Shown here: one piece after another, positions 12,083 through 23,250 of the stretch
How the letters are laid out: every line of letters begins with the position of its first letter
Position numbering within the stretch: position 1 is the stretch's first letter
Assembly (NCBI RefSeq): GCF_001194135.2
Contig: NC_068983.1
Location: 38,009,742 to 38,057,434, forward strand
Source of the DNA: Octopus bimaculoides
Taxonomy: Eukaryota
Direction of reading: 5' to 3'
DNA: 47,693 nt
Notes under the pieces: generated by a model
Database searches by the model: none
Told to the model about the DNA's origin: nothing
The model's input: the letters and a program-made list of their open reading frames with translations, nothing else
Position numbers and translations under genes: made by a program

Positions 12083-12189
12083 TTCTCCCAACATCGCTTG
12101 ACAATCAATGCTGGTGTTTACATTCCCGTAACTTAGCAGTTCAGCTAAATAGACCGATAGAATAGGTACTAGGCTTACAAAGAATAAGT
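11886..12189 (+). mobile_element. SINE family A
   Basis: Intact head, (TG)n core, truncated 3' end. Confidence 0.85.
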
Positions 12190-12831
12190 GGCATAACTAC
12201 AGAGTTGTACCCCACAAACTTTGGAAGGTCATAACTTTGAGAAAAATGAATATTTTTTAATGAAATTTTCTATGCATATATTATTTATGATGTACATTCC
12301 GAATATACAAAAAATTTCGGTGAAAGTGTTTTGGAATGGGGGTGGGGGACAATTTTCGGAAATTCCAACAGAGTCCACTTAAATTCTCCTTAACTTCCAG
12401 GAAAATGAATATTTTTTCGTGAAATTTTCTACAAATATACCTTGATGTATGTACATTTCGAGCATGTTGGAATTTTGAAGGAAACAACTGCAGGTTATTT
12501 TTGAGAAGTATTCCCCACTCGGTGGTGTTTTGGAGCAAGTCGTCCATAATTGTTTCATTTTTCTCAATTATGTGCGTATGTGCATCCATAGATTTCTAAT
12601 GAAGTTATAGGCAGTGAAGAGAAGCTGTCATAAGAAAACTTACGTTAAAAATAACATGCACACGATTTTTTTTTTCTCAATAGAAGTAAATTCCAAAGTA
12701 AACGTTTCTAGTAGAGAAGTAGAAGAAAACAGAAGCAGCGTATTACTTGGAGTCGATTTACATGACTAAAGGTGATGCTCCAGTATGGCCACAGTCAAAT
12801 GACTGAAACAAATAAAAGAATAAAAGCAAGA

Positions 12832-12879
<48 letters not shown>

Positions 12880-12894
12880 GTTATTATTATTATT

Positions 12895-13408
12895 GCCATT
12901 GCACAGCTTCTAATGCTGGAGATGTACTACAGTGCCAGCTGTTCACTACCAGTGAACTAAGGTAACACCTCTTATTTTTTTAGCATCTTCCGGAGTATCC
13001 AAGCAGTTCCAAGCAGTGCTGTTTTCTGCAAGTGCTCTACCCTTATTGCAGCCCCTATTTGTTCCATGTACTTCTTGAGATTTATGTTCACTTCTCCCAG
13101 GGCTCCGACAATTATTGGTACTACTACCACCTTTTTCATTGACCACAACTGCTTAGTTTGTTTTCTTTCTCAATTAAGACTATGTCTGGCTTCCTGTTTT
13201 CTATCTCATGGTCGCACTGAATCATAAAATCCCACAGGATCTTTGCATTTCTATTTTTGACAATGCCTTCAGGTTTGTAGTCGTACCAATTTTTTGCTCT
13301 GTCAAGTTCATAATTGTTGCAAAGTGTCCAATGGACAAGCCTGGCTATATTGTCATGGCGTCTCTTATATTCCTTCTGGGCTAGTGGTATACATTGGCTG
13401 GTAATATG
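12895..13408 (-). mobile_element. R4/Dong-clade non-LTR retrotransposon 3' end (zinc-knuckle remnant plus restriction-like endonuclease)
   Basis: Translation HITSQCIPLAQKEYKRRHDNIARLVHW...KILWDFMIQCDHEIENRKPDIVLIEKE, then after an internal deletion LWSMKKVVVVPIIVGALG...LQKTALLGTAWILRKML*; 77-bp 3' UTR abutting (TAA)n at 12832-12894. Confidence 0.85.
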
Positions 13409-13414
13409 CCTCTT

Positions 13415-13612
13415 TCTTTCTGTTTCTGTTGTACTTACATTTCAAAGGGCCAGCCTTGTCACACTCTGTATCACACTGAATCTCCCTGAGAACTACATTA
13501 AAGGTACACTTGTCTGTGGAGTGCTCAGCCACTTGAACATTAATTTCATGAGTAGACTGTTCCGTTGATTGGATCAGTTGAGACCCTCATCATCGTAACC
13601 GACAGAGTGCTG
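13415..13612 (+). mobile_element. SINE family C-type 3' tail fragment
   Basis: Matches 17490-17680. Confidence 0.8.
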
Positions 13613-14386
13613 TAGTAGTAATTCATTGTCTATATTGATCCCTTTCTATTCATAGTGTTAAAAGTATTTTTTCATGCAGTTATTACCACAATACTGTTTA
13701 TTGCTGATCTGTTTTCTGTATGTATGTGTATGTGAGACAGAGTGAGAGGGGGAAATAGAAAAAGAGAGAGATGGGAGATTGAGGAAGAAAGAAAAGGATA
13801 CAGAGAAAAAAGAGTGTATGGAAAAGATAATTGCTATGTTATTCAAAAGATCTCATTGTTTATCTAGAATAGTACGAGTGTTTTTATTGTGATTGTAGTA
13901 TTAAAAGATATTACTTAGTGTTACAAGATTGTAGTATTAAAAGATTTTACTTAGTGTTACTTTATGAGGTTGACAGCATAAAGTTTTGAAGAGCAAGAAG
14001 CAAGATTCTAACAAGCCAAGACCATGATGCTGTTCCCTTCATTCCATGGAAGCTGATGCACTTTCATGAACCTGTATTTATTTAGTTACTTTATATCCCA
14101 ATTGGTGAATAGTAGTGGCATCAGGGACTGGTTCCCAAAGGGCCAATTACTGGTTCATTGCATTTCTGACGACAAGAGTGACATGGGAGTTTGTGTAACT
14201 TGATGCAAAACTAACATTGCAAGGGTCTTAATTCAAAATGACACCTGACTTTTTTTTGTTTCTTTACTGACGTTTACAAGCTTTGCTGATAAATGTTGCT
14301 GAAAGACAGACACAAAAACATATACGTATGTGTGTGTGTGTTTGTGTATGTATATGTATGTATACACACACACATACATACAATTT

Positions 14387-14741
14387 CAGTAGAACCTTGC
14401 AGTATGAGTACCTTATTGTACGAATAATTTGCTGTATGAGCTGAAATGCATGCAAATTTTTGTCTTGAAGTACAAGTAGAAATCCACAGTACGAGTACAC
14501 AAATCATCTCATCTTTAAAATAATTCAGTTAATAAAACCAGTTTACATATTTCTTTTGCATTCTCTGTTTTATAATTGTCATTTTACTTGTAGCTACACC
14601 TTTTCTGTTTTAAAACCTATAAAAAATTATTTTTGAGTGGTTTTGGTTAACTTCAATGGGGAAAATTGATTTGCAAAATGAGTAAATCGTAAGACAAGCT
14701 CGGTCATGGAACAAATTAAACTCGTACTTGAGGTATCACTG
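14387..14741. mobile_element. Tigger/pogo-like MITE remnant
   Basis: CAGTAGAACC at the left end; GAGGTATCACTG followed by TA at the right end. Confidence 0.5.
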
Positions 14742-15000
14742 TATACATTTACGTATATCTATATGTACACACACATATATGTATATGTATGTAAATATGT
14801 ATTAACACAAAGAAACAATGATAGGCAAAAGAATGTATTTATATGAAAAGCTGCATGTAAATATTCTATGATGTAATCAAGTCTTAGCTTTACAGCTGTT
14901 TCAGATAATCAATGATTGTTTGATACAACCATGATATTATGCAAGGATTTCCAATACTGAGTCAATTATGTAAAACAGCTGCAGCATGGAAGATATTAGT

Positions 15001-15117
15001 AAGCCATTCAAGAATACACAAAAGCTGTTAGTTTCACTTCAACGCTTAAATTTTATGACACAAATGAAATTTAAATGTTGAAGTGAAGCTAACAGTATTT
15101 GTGTTCTTGAATGGCTT
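15001..15117. repeat. Imperfect palindrome with ~52-bp arms, probable collapsed MITE
   Basis: 15001-15053 is the reverse complement of 15067-15117 with a few mismatches. Confidence 0.85.
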
Positions 15118-15332
15118 ACAAACACCTTCTACATTGCAATTGTTTTTGTTTCAGCACACAATCTCAGATCAAGTCATTGGCTACACAAGTACATCTCTGT
15201 AAGATTATGTAGTTATACATAATCAGTAAAGAATATTCTAATGAGGATCTTGTGCCATTGCTCCATATGTCTATCAAAAATCTATACTAGTTGAAATTTC
15301 TCCCTTGCTTTCATATAAACCTTCATTATCAA

Positions 15333-15794
15333 TTGAGCTCCTACCTCTGCTGATGACAAAGGGCCTCTCACTCAGAGTAAAAGGTAGACTGTGTGATGCA
15401 TGTGTGCAAACTACCATGCTACATGGCAGTGAAAATGGGCTGTGACTGCTGAGGACATGCGTAAGCTTGCAAGGAATGAAGCTAGTATGCTCTGCTGGAT
15501 GTGTAATGTCAGTGTGCATACACAGCAGAGTGTTAGTGCCCTGAGAGAAAAGTTGGACATAAAAAGCATCAGATGTGGTGTGCAAGAGAGACGACTGCGC
15601 TGGTATGTTGCGTATGGATGAGGATAGCTGTGTGGAAAAGTGTCACACCCTAGCAGTAGAGAGAACTTGTGGAAGAGGTAGACCCTGGAAGACCTGGGAT
15701 GACTTGTTGAAGCTTGACCTTCGAGTGTTAGGCCTCACTGAGGTGATGACAAGTGACTGAGACCTTTGGAGATATGCTGTGCTTGAGAAGACCT
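15333..15794 (+). mobile_element. RTE LINE ORF C-terminus, frameshifted
   Basis: LLPLLMTKGLSLRVKGRLCDACV...EDMRKLARNEASMLCWMCNVSV...IRCGVQERRLRWY...GRGRPWKTWDDLLKLDLRVLGLTEVMTSD. Confidence 0.9.
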
Positions 15795-15844
15795 GTGTAT
15801 TTGTAAATTGGAAGGTTGTCTCCGCTCACTCTCAAAAGGTTAGA

Positions 15845-16752
15845 CATTTTGGATCTTTTTGATTTGGCGGACACCATTTTTTATTTAGTGTGTTTTCTAC
15901 CGAAACACTTTAAAACTTCATATACTTGTATATTTTGTCTTATAGAACAGAGAAAAATGTTTATGTTTGAAGTTATTTCATGTTAAAAATTGGCATATTT
16001 CGGTAATTTCAACCAATCACTGACGTCTATTCAGCTGTTCTTTGTCAACAATAATTTGTGGCGGTGTATATATCGTTAGTCCCTGGTAATCCTTTTGAAT
16101 TAAGCACCAGTTATGCACTGGGATTAATATAATTGACTTACTCCTTCCTTCAAAAACCAGGCCTTGTGCCTATAATAGAAAGGTTTATTAGCTACTGCCA
16201 ATATGCTTGAATTACACTTTTCTACTTGTTTCAGTTGATTGGATAATAGCTAATAAGGGAATCAAGCCAACAAAATAGGTGAAAGAAAGGGCTTTCAAAC
16301 AATTGCTTCATTTCTTAGAAATAGTAGCCAAATCTTCCTCAAATCAAACTCTACCATTGTTTAGAAAATGTGCCACTGAGTACACAGTACATATAAAATT
16401 ACCGAAAAATTGTTGAACGGATTTTCACCAAATTTGGCAACCGCCGATAGTTGTTGACAAACAACAGCAGTAATTTTATTCAAGGGAAAAGATCCCATTA
16501 CACCGCCAGAATGTGTTGTTGACAAAGTACAGCAGTAATTGTTTTCACCTCAATAGACGTCAGTGATTGGTTGAAATTACCAAAATACGACAACTTTTAA
16601 CACGAAATAACTTGGAAATATGGAAACTTTTCTTAACAAGGCTAAGAGAAAAAGATGTTTTATATGACACATTCTACCAGTATCCCAAGTTTGAAAGTGT
16701 TTCGTTAGAAAACAAATGGTGTCCGCCGAATCAGAAAGATCCAATATTTTAA
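15845..16752. mobile_element. Fold-back non-autonomous DNA element with ~225-250-bp imperfect inverted arms; SINE remnants in the centre
   Basis: Arms ~15845-16068 and ~16499-16752; 30/30 inverted match between 16002-16031 and 16552-16581. Confidence 0.8.
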
Positions 16753-17294
16753 TTTAATGTTGTTCTTGGACAAGAAAATTGACTTTGCTTCAGTCTGAAA
16801 ATGGTGTTTTTTATATTAGAGCAGTTTTAGAAATGGCTAAACCAAGATGTTCCAACGAAAAGAAATATAACATAAAATTCAAAAGTCTTGTTTAAAACTT
16901 GATGCTTACATGAATAGAAGACAAATAAATCTACCCCTGGATGGGGTAGCTGTCTACCACAGGTACTGTTCACATATGATCTGGCAACTATTTCTAACAG
17001 TTTGATAAATTGATGTACTGACTACAAAGATTCTATGAAATGCTTGCAGTAGAATTTAATGTCTGGATTCTGAGTTATAAATCAATACTGTATCCATCCA
17101 GCTATTCTGCTGATGGACTAACTACAGATGCTTCTGACTTGTTATTAAAGAACAAATTGTCAATAAAGCGTGGTTTGGTAGTTGGATATTATATGACAGC
17201 TTCCTTCCTTGTCGCTGTTATTGTAACAGTCATGTATCACATCATCATTATGGTATTGTTAGCTATCTTGTCATTATAGTACTATATGTAGACA

Positions 17295-17685
17295 GTGGAG
17301 GCGCAATGGCTCAGTGGTTAGGGCAGCGGACTCGCGGTCATAGGATCACGGTTTCGATTCCCAGACCGGGCGTTGTGAGTGTTTATTGAGTGAAAACACC
17401 TAAAGCTCCACGAGGCTCTGGCAGGGGATGGTGGCGAACCCTGCTGTACTCTTTCACCACAACTTTCTCTCACTCTTTTTTCCTGTTTTTGTTGTGCCTG
17501 TAATTCAAAGGGTCAGCCTTGTCACACTGTGTCACACTGAATATCCCCGAGAACTACATTAAGGGTACACGTGTCTGTGGAGTGCTCAGCCACTTGCACG
17601 TTAATTTCACGAGCAGGCTGTTCCGTTGATCGGTCCAACTTGAACCCTTGTTGTTGTAACTGATGGAGTGCCAACACAACAACAA
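17295..17685 (+). mobile_element. SINE family C, full length, with TSD
   Basis: tRNA-like head (TGGCTCAGTGG, GGTTTCGATTCCC); TSD TATATGTAGACA (17283) and TATATGTAGGCA (17686). Confidence 0.95.
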
Positions 17686-17937
17686 TATATGTAGGCATGG
17701 GAGTAGGTGAAAAAGAAATAAAAAAGGAAGGTAATGATGGAGTACCAGAGCAAACTGTCCTCTCCTTCTTTTTCATCATCATCATCATCATCATGATGCT
17801 TATGATGAAGATAATGGTAATGATGATATCTATTTTTATATGCAGGTAAGAATTGGGTGTGATTTATTGTGCAACTGGGTGCTCTTCCTGATGCCAACCG
17901 TTTTTGTCTGCATCTTTTAAGGCATTCAGGAGCACAG

Positions 17938-18321
17938 TGTGTTGGCACTCCGTCGCTTACAACATCGAGAGTTCCAGTTGATCCGATCAACGGAACAGCC
18001 TGCTCGTGAAATTAACAAGCAAGTGGCTGAGCACTCCACAGACACGTGTACCCTTAACATAGTTCTCAGGGATATTCAGCGTGACACAGTGTGACAAGGC
18101 TGACCCTTTGAATTACAGGCACAACAGAAACAGGAAGTAAGAGTGAGAAAAAGTTGTGGTGAAAGGGTACAGCAGGGTTCGCCACCATCCCCTGCCTGAG
18201 CTTCTTGGAGCTTTAGGTGTTTTCGCTCAATAAACACTCACAACGCCCGATCTAGGAATCAAGACCGCGATCCTATGACCGCGAGTCCGCTGCCCTAACC
18301 ACTGGGCCATTGCGCCTCCAC
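17938..18321 (-). mobile_element. SINE family C, full length, with TSD
   Basis: TSD TCAGGAGCACAG (17926) and TCAGGAACACAG (18322). Confidence 0.95.
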
Positions 18322-18361
18322 TCAGGAACACAGCGTATCTATACTAAACAACCAAAATATG

Positions 18362-18443
18362 ATAGCTGGCTGATAAGTTCATAGGCTGACCAAGGCACTC
18401 TCATGAAATGTGACCCAATGAGGTTCATTTTTCAACATAGTCC
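18362..18443 (-). mobile_element. Mariner 3' terminal fragment
   Basis: Minus strand encodes DYVEK*, a typical mariner transposase end, followed by TIR-like sequence. Confidence 0.55.
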
Positions 18444-18663
18444 ATTTTCAAGAGAAGTTACTTTTGAAGTTTTCTTTGAACATTCAGATGTCAGTTTACC
18501 TAGAAATAAACAATGCAGTTATAAAGAAGAGAGGGTTGAAGTTAATGCATGTGAGATTTCACAACCCTAGCCTCACTCCTTCATCATCAGCCTATGAATT
18601 TTTCATCCCACCCTCGTACACACAAATTCTTCATTTTACTTATTTCATAGATATTCATTTTAA

Positions 18664-18885
18664 CCCTTTCGATACCAACCCGGCTGAAACCGGCTCTGGC
18701 TTTGTAGTACAAATGTCTTGTTTTCAAAAGTTTTGAATTAAAATCTTCCACCAAATCTTAGTCACAATTTATGTTCCTAACACTAGTTTAATGATAACTA
18801 AGTTATTTTATTAAATTCTTTGTTATATTTAAAATTAATTGAAAGAAACACAGAGTATCTCAACAGAAATATGGTAACATAAGGG
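18664..18885. mobile_element. piggyBac-type MITE
   Basis: TTAA|CCCTTTCGATACCA ... TGGTAACATAAGGG|TTAA; TTAA TSD at 18660-18663 and 18886-18889. Confidence 0.85.
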
Positions 18886-18994
18886 TTAAATATTAGATTA
18901 ATGTTTTGGTCTTCAGGCTCTTTTCCATTTTGTTGTTATTGTTGTTATTCCATTTGGGTTTCTCAAGGCTTCGTCAAACAGGTGATTTCAAATT

Positions 18995-19200
18995 NNNNNN
19001 NNNNNNNNNNNNNNNNNNNNNNNNNNNNNNNNNNNNNNNNNNNNNNNNNNNNNNNNNNNNNNNNNNNNNNNNNNNNNNNNNNNNNNNNNNNNNNNNNNNN
19101 NNNNNNNNNNNNNNNNNNNNNNNNNNNNNNNNNNNNNNNNNNNNNNNNNNNNNNNNNNNNNNNNNNNNNNNNNNNNNNNNNNNNNNNNNNNNNNNNNNNN
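18995..19200. other. Assembly gap
   Basis: Run of N. Confidence 1.
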
Positions 19201-19549
19201 GACAAAAAAATAAGGTTGTAAATAACAGGTATTATTACATCTTGTAATTATGATGGTTAGCATGGAAGCTTTTACATGGCACCATTCCAGAATGGAAAAG
19301 AGGGGTTGTTGATAAATCTGTTCTACAAGATCATATTTCAGGATTTATATATTTATTTGTTTATTTATGCTCTTGTTTTTGTTTATTTTTGTTCTAAATA
19401 CCCAACTAAACATTAACTCAAGACATTTTTTCTTATCAAATGTTTACACTTTTTTTGTACCTTTTTCCTTTACTTGTTTTTGTTTTTTTTTCTGTTGTTC
19501 TCTGTCTTTCTCCTGTGGAAAAGATAACACAAGATTAGCAGTCTCCTTT

Positions 19550-20040
19550 ATTGTCATCATCATCATCATCATCATCATCATCAACATCACCATGATGTTC
19601 ATATTTATCATTTTCCATCATCTGTAATCATAAATGTCATCTTTATCGTTATCACCACCATCACTACTAGAATCACCACCCCCATCACTGCTACCACCAT
19701 CATTGTCACTATCACTGCCACCACCAACATTACCATAATGATCACTACCACCACCACTGCCACCACCACAACTACCATCATCATCATCATCATGTTCACC
19801 ATACTTATCATTTTTCATGATCTTTAATCATTGTTGTCATCTTTGTCATCATTATCATTGCCAGCATCTTGATCTTTTCTTCACCACCACCACCACCACC
19901 ACCATCATGTTTATCATATCCTTTTCACCATCTTTAATCCATGTTGTCATCTTCCATTGTTATCATTTTTATCAATACCATGACCACCACCACTGTCACA
20001 ACCACCACCTTCACCACCCTCATCATCATTATCATCACTC
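19550..20040. repeat. Degenerate (CAT/CAC)n array
   Basis: Direct inspection. Confidence 0.9.
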
Positions 20041-20087
20041 ATGAAAAATCAAATTGTTTCTTGATATGGCACATGACCGGAGAGGCA

Positions 20088-20455
20088 CATGAGTGGCTGT
20101 ATAGTTAAGAAGTTTGCTTCCTAGTCCTGTGGTTTCAGTCCGTCTGCTCAGCACCTTAAGCAAGAATCTTCTACTACTACTCCAGGCTGACCAGAACTTA
20201 GTGGATTTAGTAGAAACTGAAAGAAGTCCATCTTGTGTGAATATATGTATGTCTATCTGTTTGTCTGTATTTGTCCAAACGACTACTTGACAATCAATGT
20301 CGGTTTGTTTACTTCTTTGTAACTTAACAGTTTGACAAAAGAGACTGATAAGAATAAGTTTCAGGCTTTAAAAAATAAGTATTGAGGTTAATTTATTCAA
20401 CTAAACCCTTTCGAGTAGCACCCCAGCATGGCCATAGTCCAGTGGCTAAAATTGA
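20088..20455 (+). mobile_element. SINE family A, diverged
   Basis: Head GTGGCTGTATAGTTAAG through CCAGCATGGCC 3' end. Confidence 0.75.
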
Positions 20456-20647
20456 CAATATGAATACTTTTAGTATTATAAAATGATGATGTTGATGATA
20501 AGGCAACTGAAATAAACTTTGTAGAAAACCCTTTTTATAAAAGAGAAGAGAGTAATTCATTAAATAATATAAATTGGTATGGCTTAATGACCTCTAGTTT
20601 GAAGGCATTGCCTTTACTGTCACTCACACCTAGTACCACCAGCTTAC

Positions 20648-20915
20648 CTTTCAAATATAGGAAGATGATCTGAGCCTCTAAACCTAATTCTTTCTGGAAA
20701 AGCACTCCTCTGCCCAGTCGCATCAGACCATAAGATAAGAATGATTCGCAGTCACCTGACATGAGGCTGAGTGCGTCCCAGAAATTTGTCCTACTGGATT
20801 TGTAGTCACCCTCTTCATCAAGCAAGATTAGTGGGTGTATTTGTTTAGCTGTTGACAACACAGCCTTGCAAGTAGTTGTATTGGGTTGCTTGTTTCCCTC
20901 TGTACACTTGAACAA
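20648..20915 (-). CDS. Candidate coding exon of an unidentified gene (upstream boundary uncertain)
   Basis: Non-repetitive, GC-elevated open frame ...IHPLILLDEEGDYKSSRTNFWDALSLMSGDCESFLSYGLMRLGRGVLFQKELGLEAQIIFLYLK; canonical donor AAG|GTAAGC at 20647; plus-strand frames are interrupted by stops. Confidence 0.5.
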
Positions 20916-21616
20916 ACTGGTGGGTGTGTTTCTTGAATTATTGATAATTCAACCATGAAAAAAGCGATCTAACCTGATTTATCCTCTATAATGTACAATA
21001 TATCAGATATGGTGTATATTAACTAGGTTGCTCTTCTTTTTTTTGTAGATACGTTGAAAATACGGACAGGAAAATAGAATAAGGTAAGGTATCATTTAGC
21101 AAAAGAGGTTTTTAGTTTGTTTTTAAGTTGTTTGTTATATTCACAGAATTTTTATTTTATGCAAATAAATGCTATTTGATTAGTCTGTATATGTACATGT
21201 ATGTTACTGAAAATTTGTGTGTATATTTATACAGCTAGCATTCAATTACCTGTAAGCGTGTCTTGGTAACATATACTATGCTTTTGCTAATTGTTTTAGC
21301 TACCTATGTATTTGTGAATGTAGACTGAAATCCCTTTGGGTCCCCTTCATCATTGACTGAGCAGCATATAGAGGAAGGTAAGATAGCTGGATTAGTGCCA
21401 TGGGGCTCAAAGCCACAACAGGCTACCTATCCCAGAAATTGAACCTGCATCGCTATGTTCATAAACCAAACACCCCTGATACCCTAGGCCAAGTACATGC
21501 ATATATTTGATCCTTTTTAATACCTTTATTTCCTTGACCAGGGTTTAAGTGAAGATTTTCTTCTCATTTGTTTATTTTATTCTTATTAAATTTTTACACT
21601 GTCAGAAGGTATTAAT

Positions 21617-21657
<41 letters not shown>

Positions 21658-21944
21658 AAATTGAATTTGTTTACGTACATGCACACACCCAGATGCACAG
21701 TGTGTTAAAAAGAGTAGTTGAATACCACTACATATATAATGCATGTGTGTACAGCCATCTACGCAACATACTGTATGTACATACACTGTTGATAGGCCAG
21801 TTACATCAGTATTTCTCTTGAGATAGCATCGCTTGTGGAATATACTCCGTCAAAATAAATGTCAAGAACAGATGAAGATTTGAAAAAAATATTTTCTAAA
21901 ATTAAAACTTTGATTTTTTTTTAATGTATCTTTTATCTTATATT

Positions 21945-22179
21945 TTTTGGTTGTTTTAGTCATTAGACTGTGGCCATTCTGGGGCACCACCTTGAATTTT
22001 TGTCGAATGAATTGATTGCAGTACTTTTTTTTTGAGCCCGGTACTTATTCTATCAGCCTCTTTTGGTGAACTGCTAAGTTATGGGGATGCCAACACACCA
22101 ACATTGGTTGTCAAGCAGTGGTGGGAGGGACAAGCACAGACAGGAAGACACACTCTCATAGATATACATACATACATAA

Positions 22180-22211
<32 letters not shown>
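21945..22211 (-). mobile_element. SINE family A, 3' half
   Basis: Matches 24500-24720. Confidence 0.75.
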
Positions 22212-22215
<4 letters not shown>

Positions 22216-23003
22216 TCATCATCATTGTTTAACGTCTGCTTTCCATGCTGGCATGGGTTGGATAGTTTGACTGAGGACTGGCAAGCCAGCAAGCTGCACC
22301 AGACTCCCAATCTGATCTGGCAGTGTTTCTACTGCTGGATGCCCTTCCTAATGCCAACCACTCTGTGAGTGTTGTGGATGCTTTTTATGTGCCACCGGCA
22401 CAGGGGCTAGAGGAGGCTGGTAACGGCCATGATTGGTTGGTGCTTTTTACATGCCACCGGCACGAGGATCACAACTGCAATTTCCATTTGATTTTCATTT
22501 TGATGTTAATGTACTTGACTCAATAAGTCTGCACAAGTGCAGCATATCACCCTACAATCCAAGGTACTTTTGAATGGGCTGGGGCTGGTTATGCGAAACT
22601 AGTGTAGGATATAGCCATGACTCACTTTATTTGCCAGGTCTTCGCAGTCACAGCATATCTCCAGATTACTCTATCCCTAATTCCTTCAACTGTTTGGGAG
22701 TGGCACTTCTTCACACAGTTCTCCTCATCCATCCATAGTACATGACCATATCAGCACAAACGTCTGTTGCATGCTACATCCGATGCTTCTTATGTCCAGC
22801 ATTTCTCTCAGGGCGCTTACACTCCGTCATGTATGCACACTGACATTACACATCCAGCGGATCATGCTAGCTTCATTTCCTTTGAGCCTAAGCATGTCCT
22901 CAGCAGTCACGGCTCATGTTTCACTACCGTGAAGCATGGCAGTTCGCATACATGCATCGTACAATCTACCTTTCACTCTGAGTGAGAGGCCTTTTGTCAC
23001 CAT
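22212..23003 (-). mobile_element. 5'-truncated RTE LINE: ORF end, long 3' UTR with minisatellite core, (GAT)n tail
   Basis: Minus strand begins VTKGLSLRVKGRLYDACM (homologous to 15350-15600) and runs through RYAVTAKT into the UTR sequence found alone elsewhere. Confidence 0.9.
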
Positions 23004-23250
23004 TGACCACGCTTGAATGGAGCTTTTTTACATGCCACTGGCGCAGCAGCCAGTCAGGTAGCACTGGCATCGACTATGCTTGAATACTTTTTACGTACTA
23101 CTGGCACTGCCATCAACCATACTTGAATGGTGCTTTTAATGAGCCACCGGCACAGCAGCCAGTTAGAGGGTACTGGCATTGACCATGCATGAATGGCGTT
23201 TTTTTTACATGCCACAGGCACAAGAGCCAGTCAGGCAGCATTGGTATCAA
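23004..23250 (-). repeat. RTE 3' UTR-type minisatellite units
   Basis: Repeated TTTTTACATGCCAC core. Confidence 0.7.

Noticed and set aside
17295-17370. tRNA-like sequences at SINE heads
   Set aside because: A and B boxes only, continuing into SINE bodies with TSDs; not tRNA genes.
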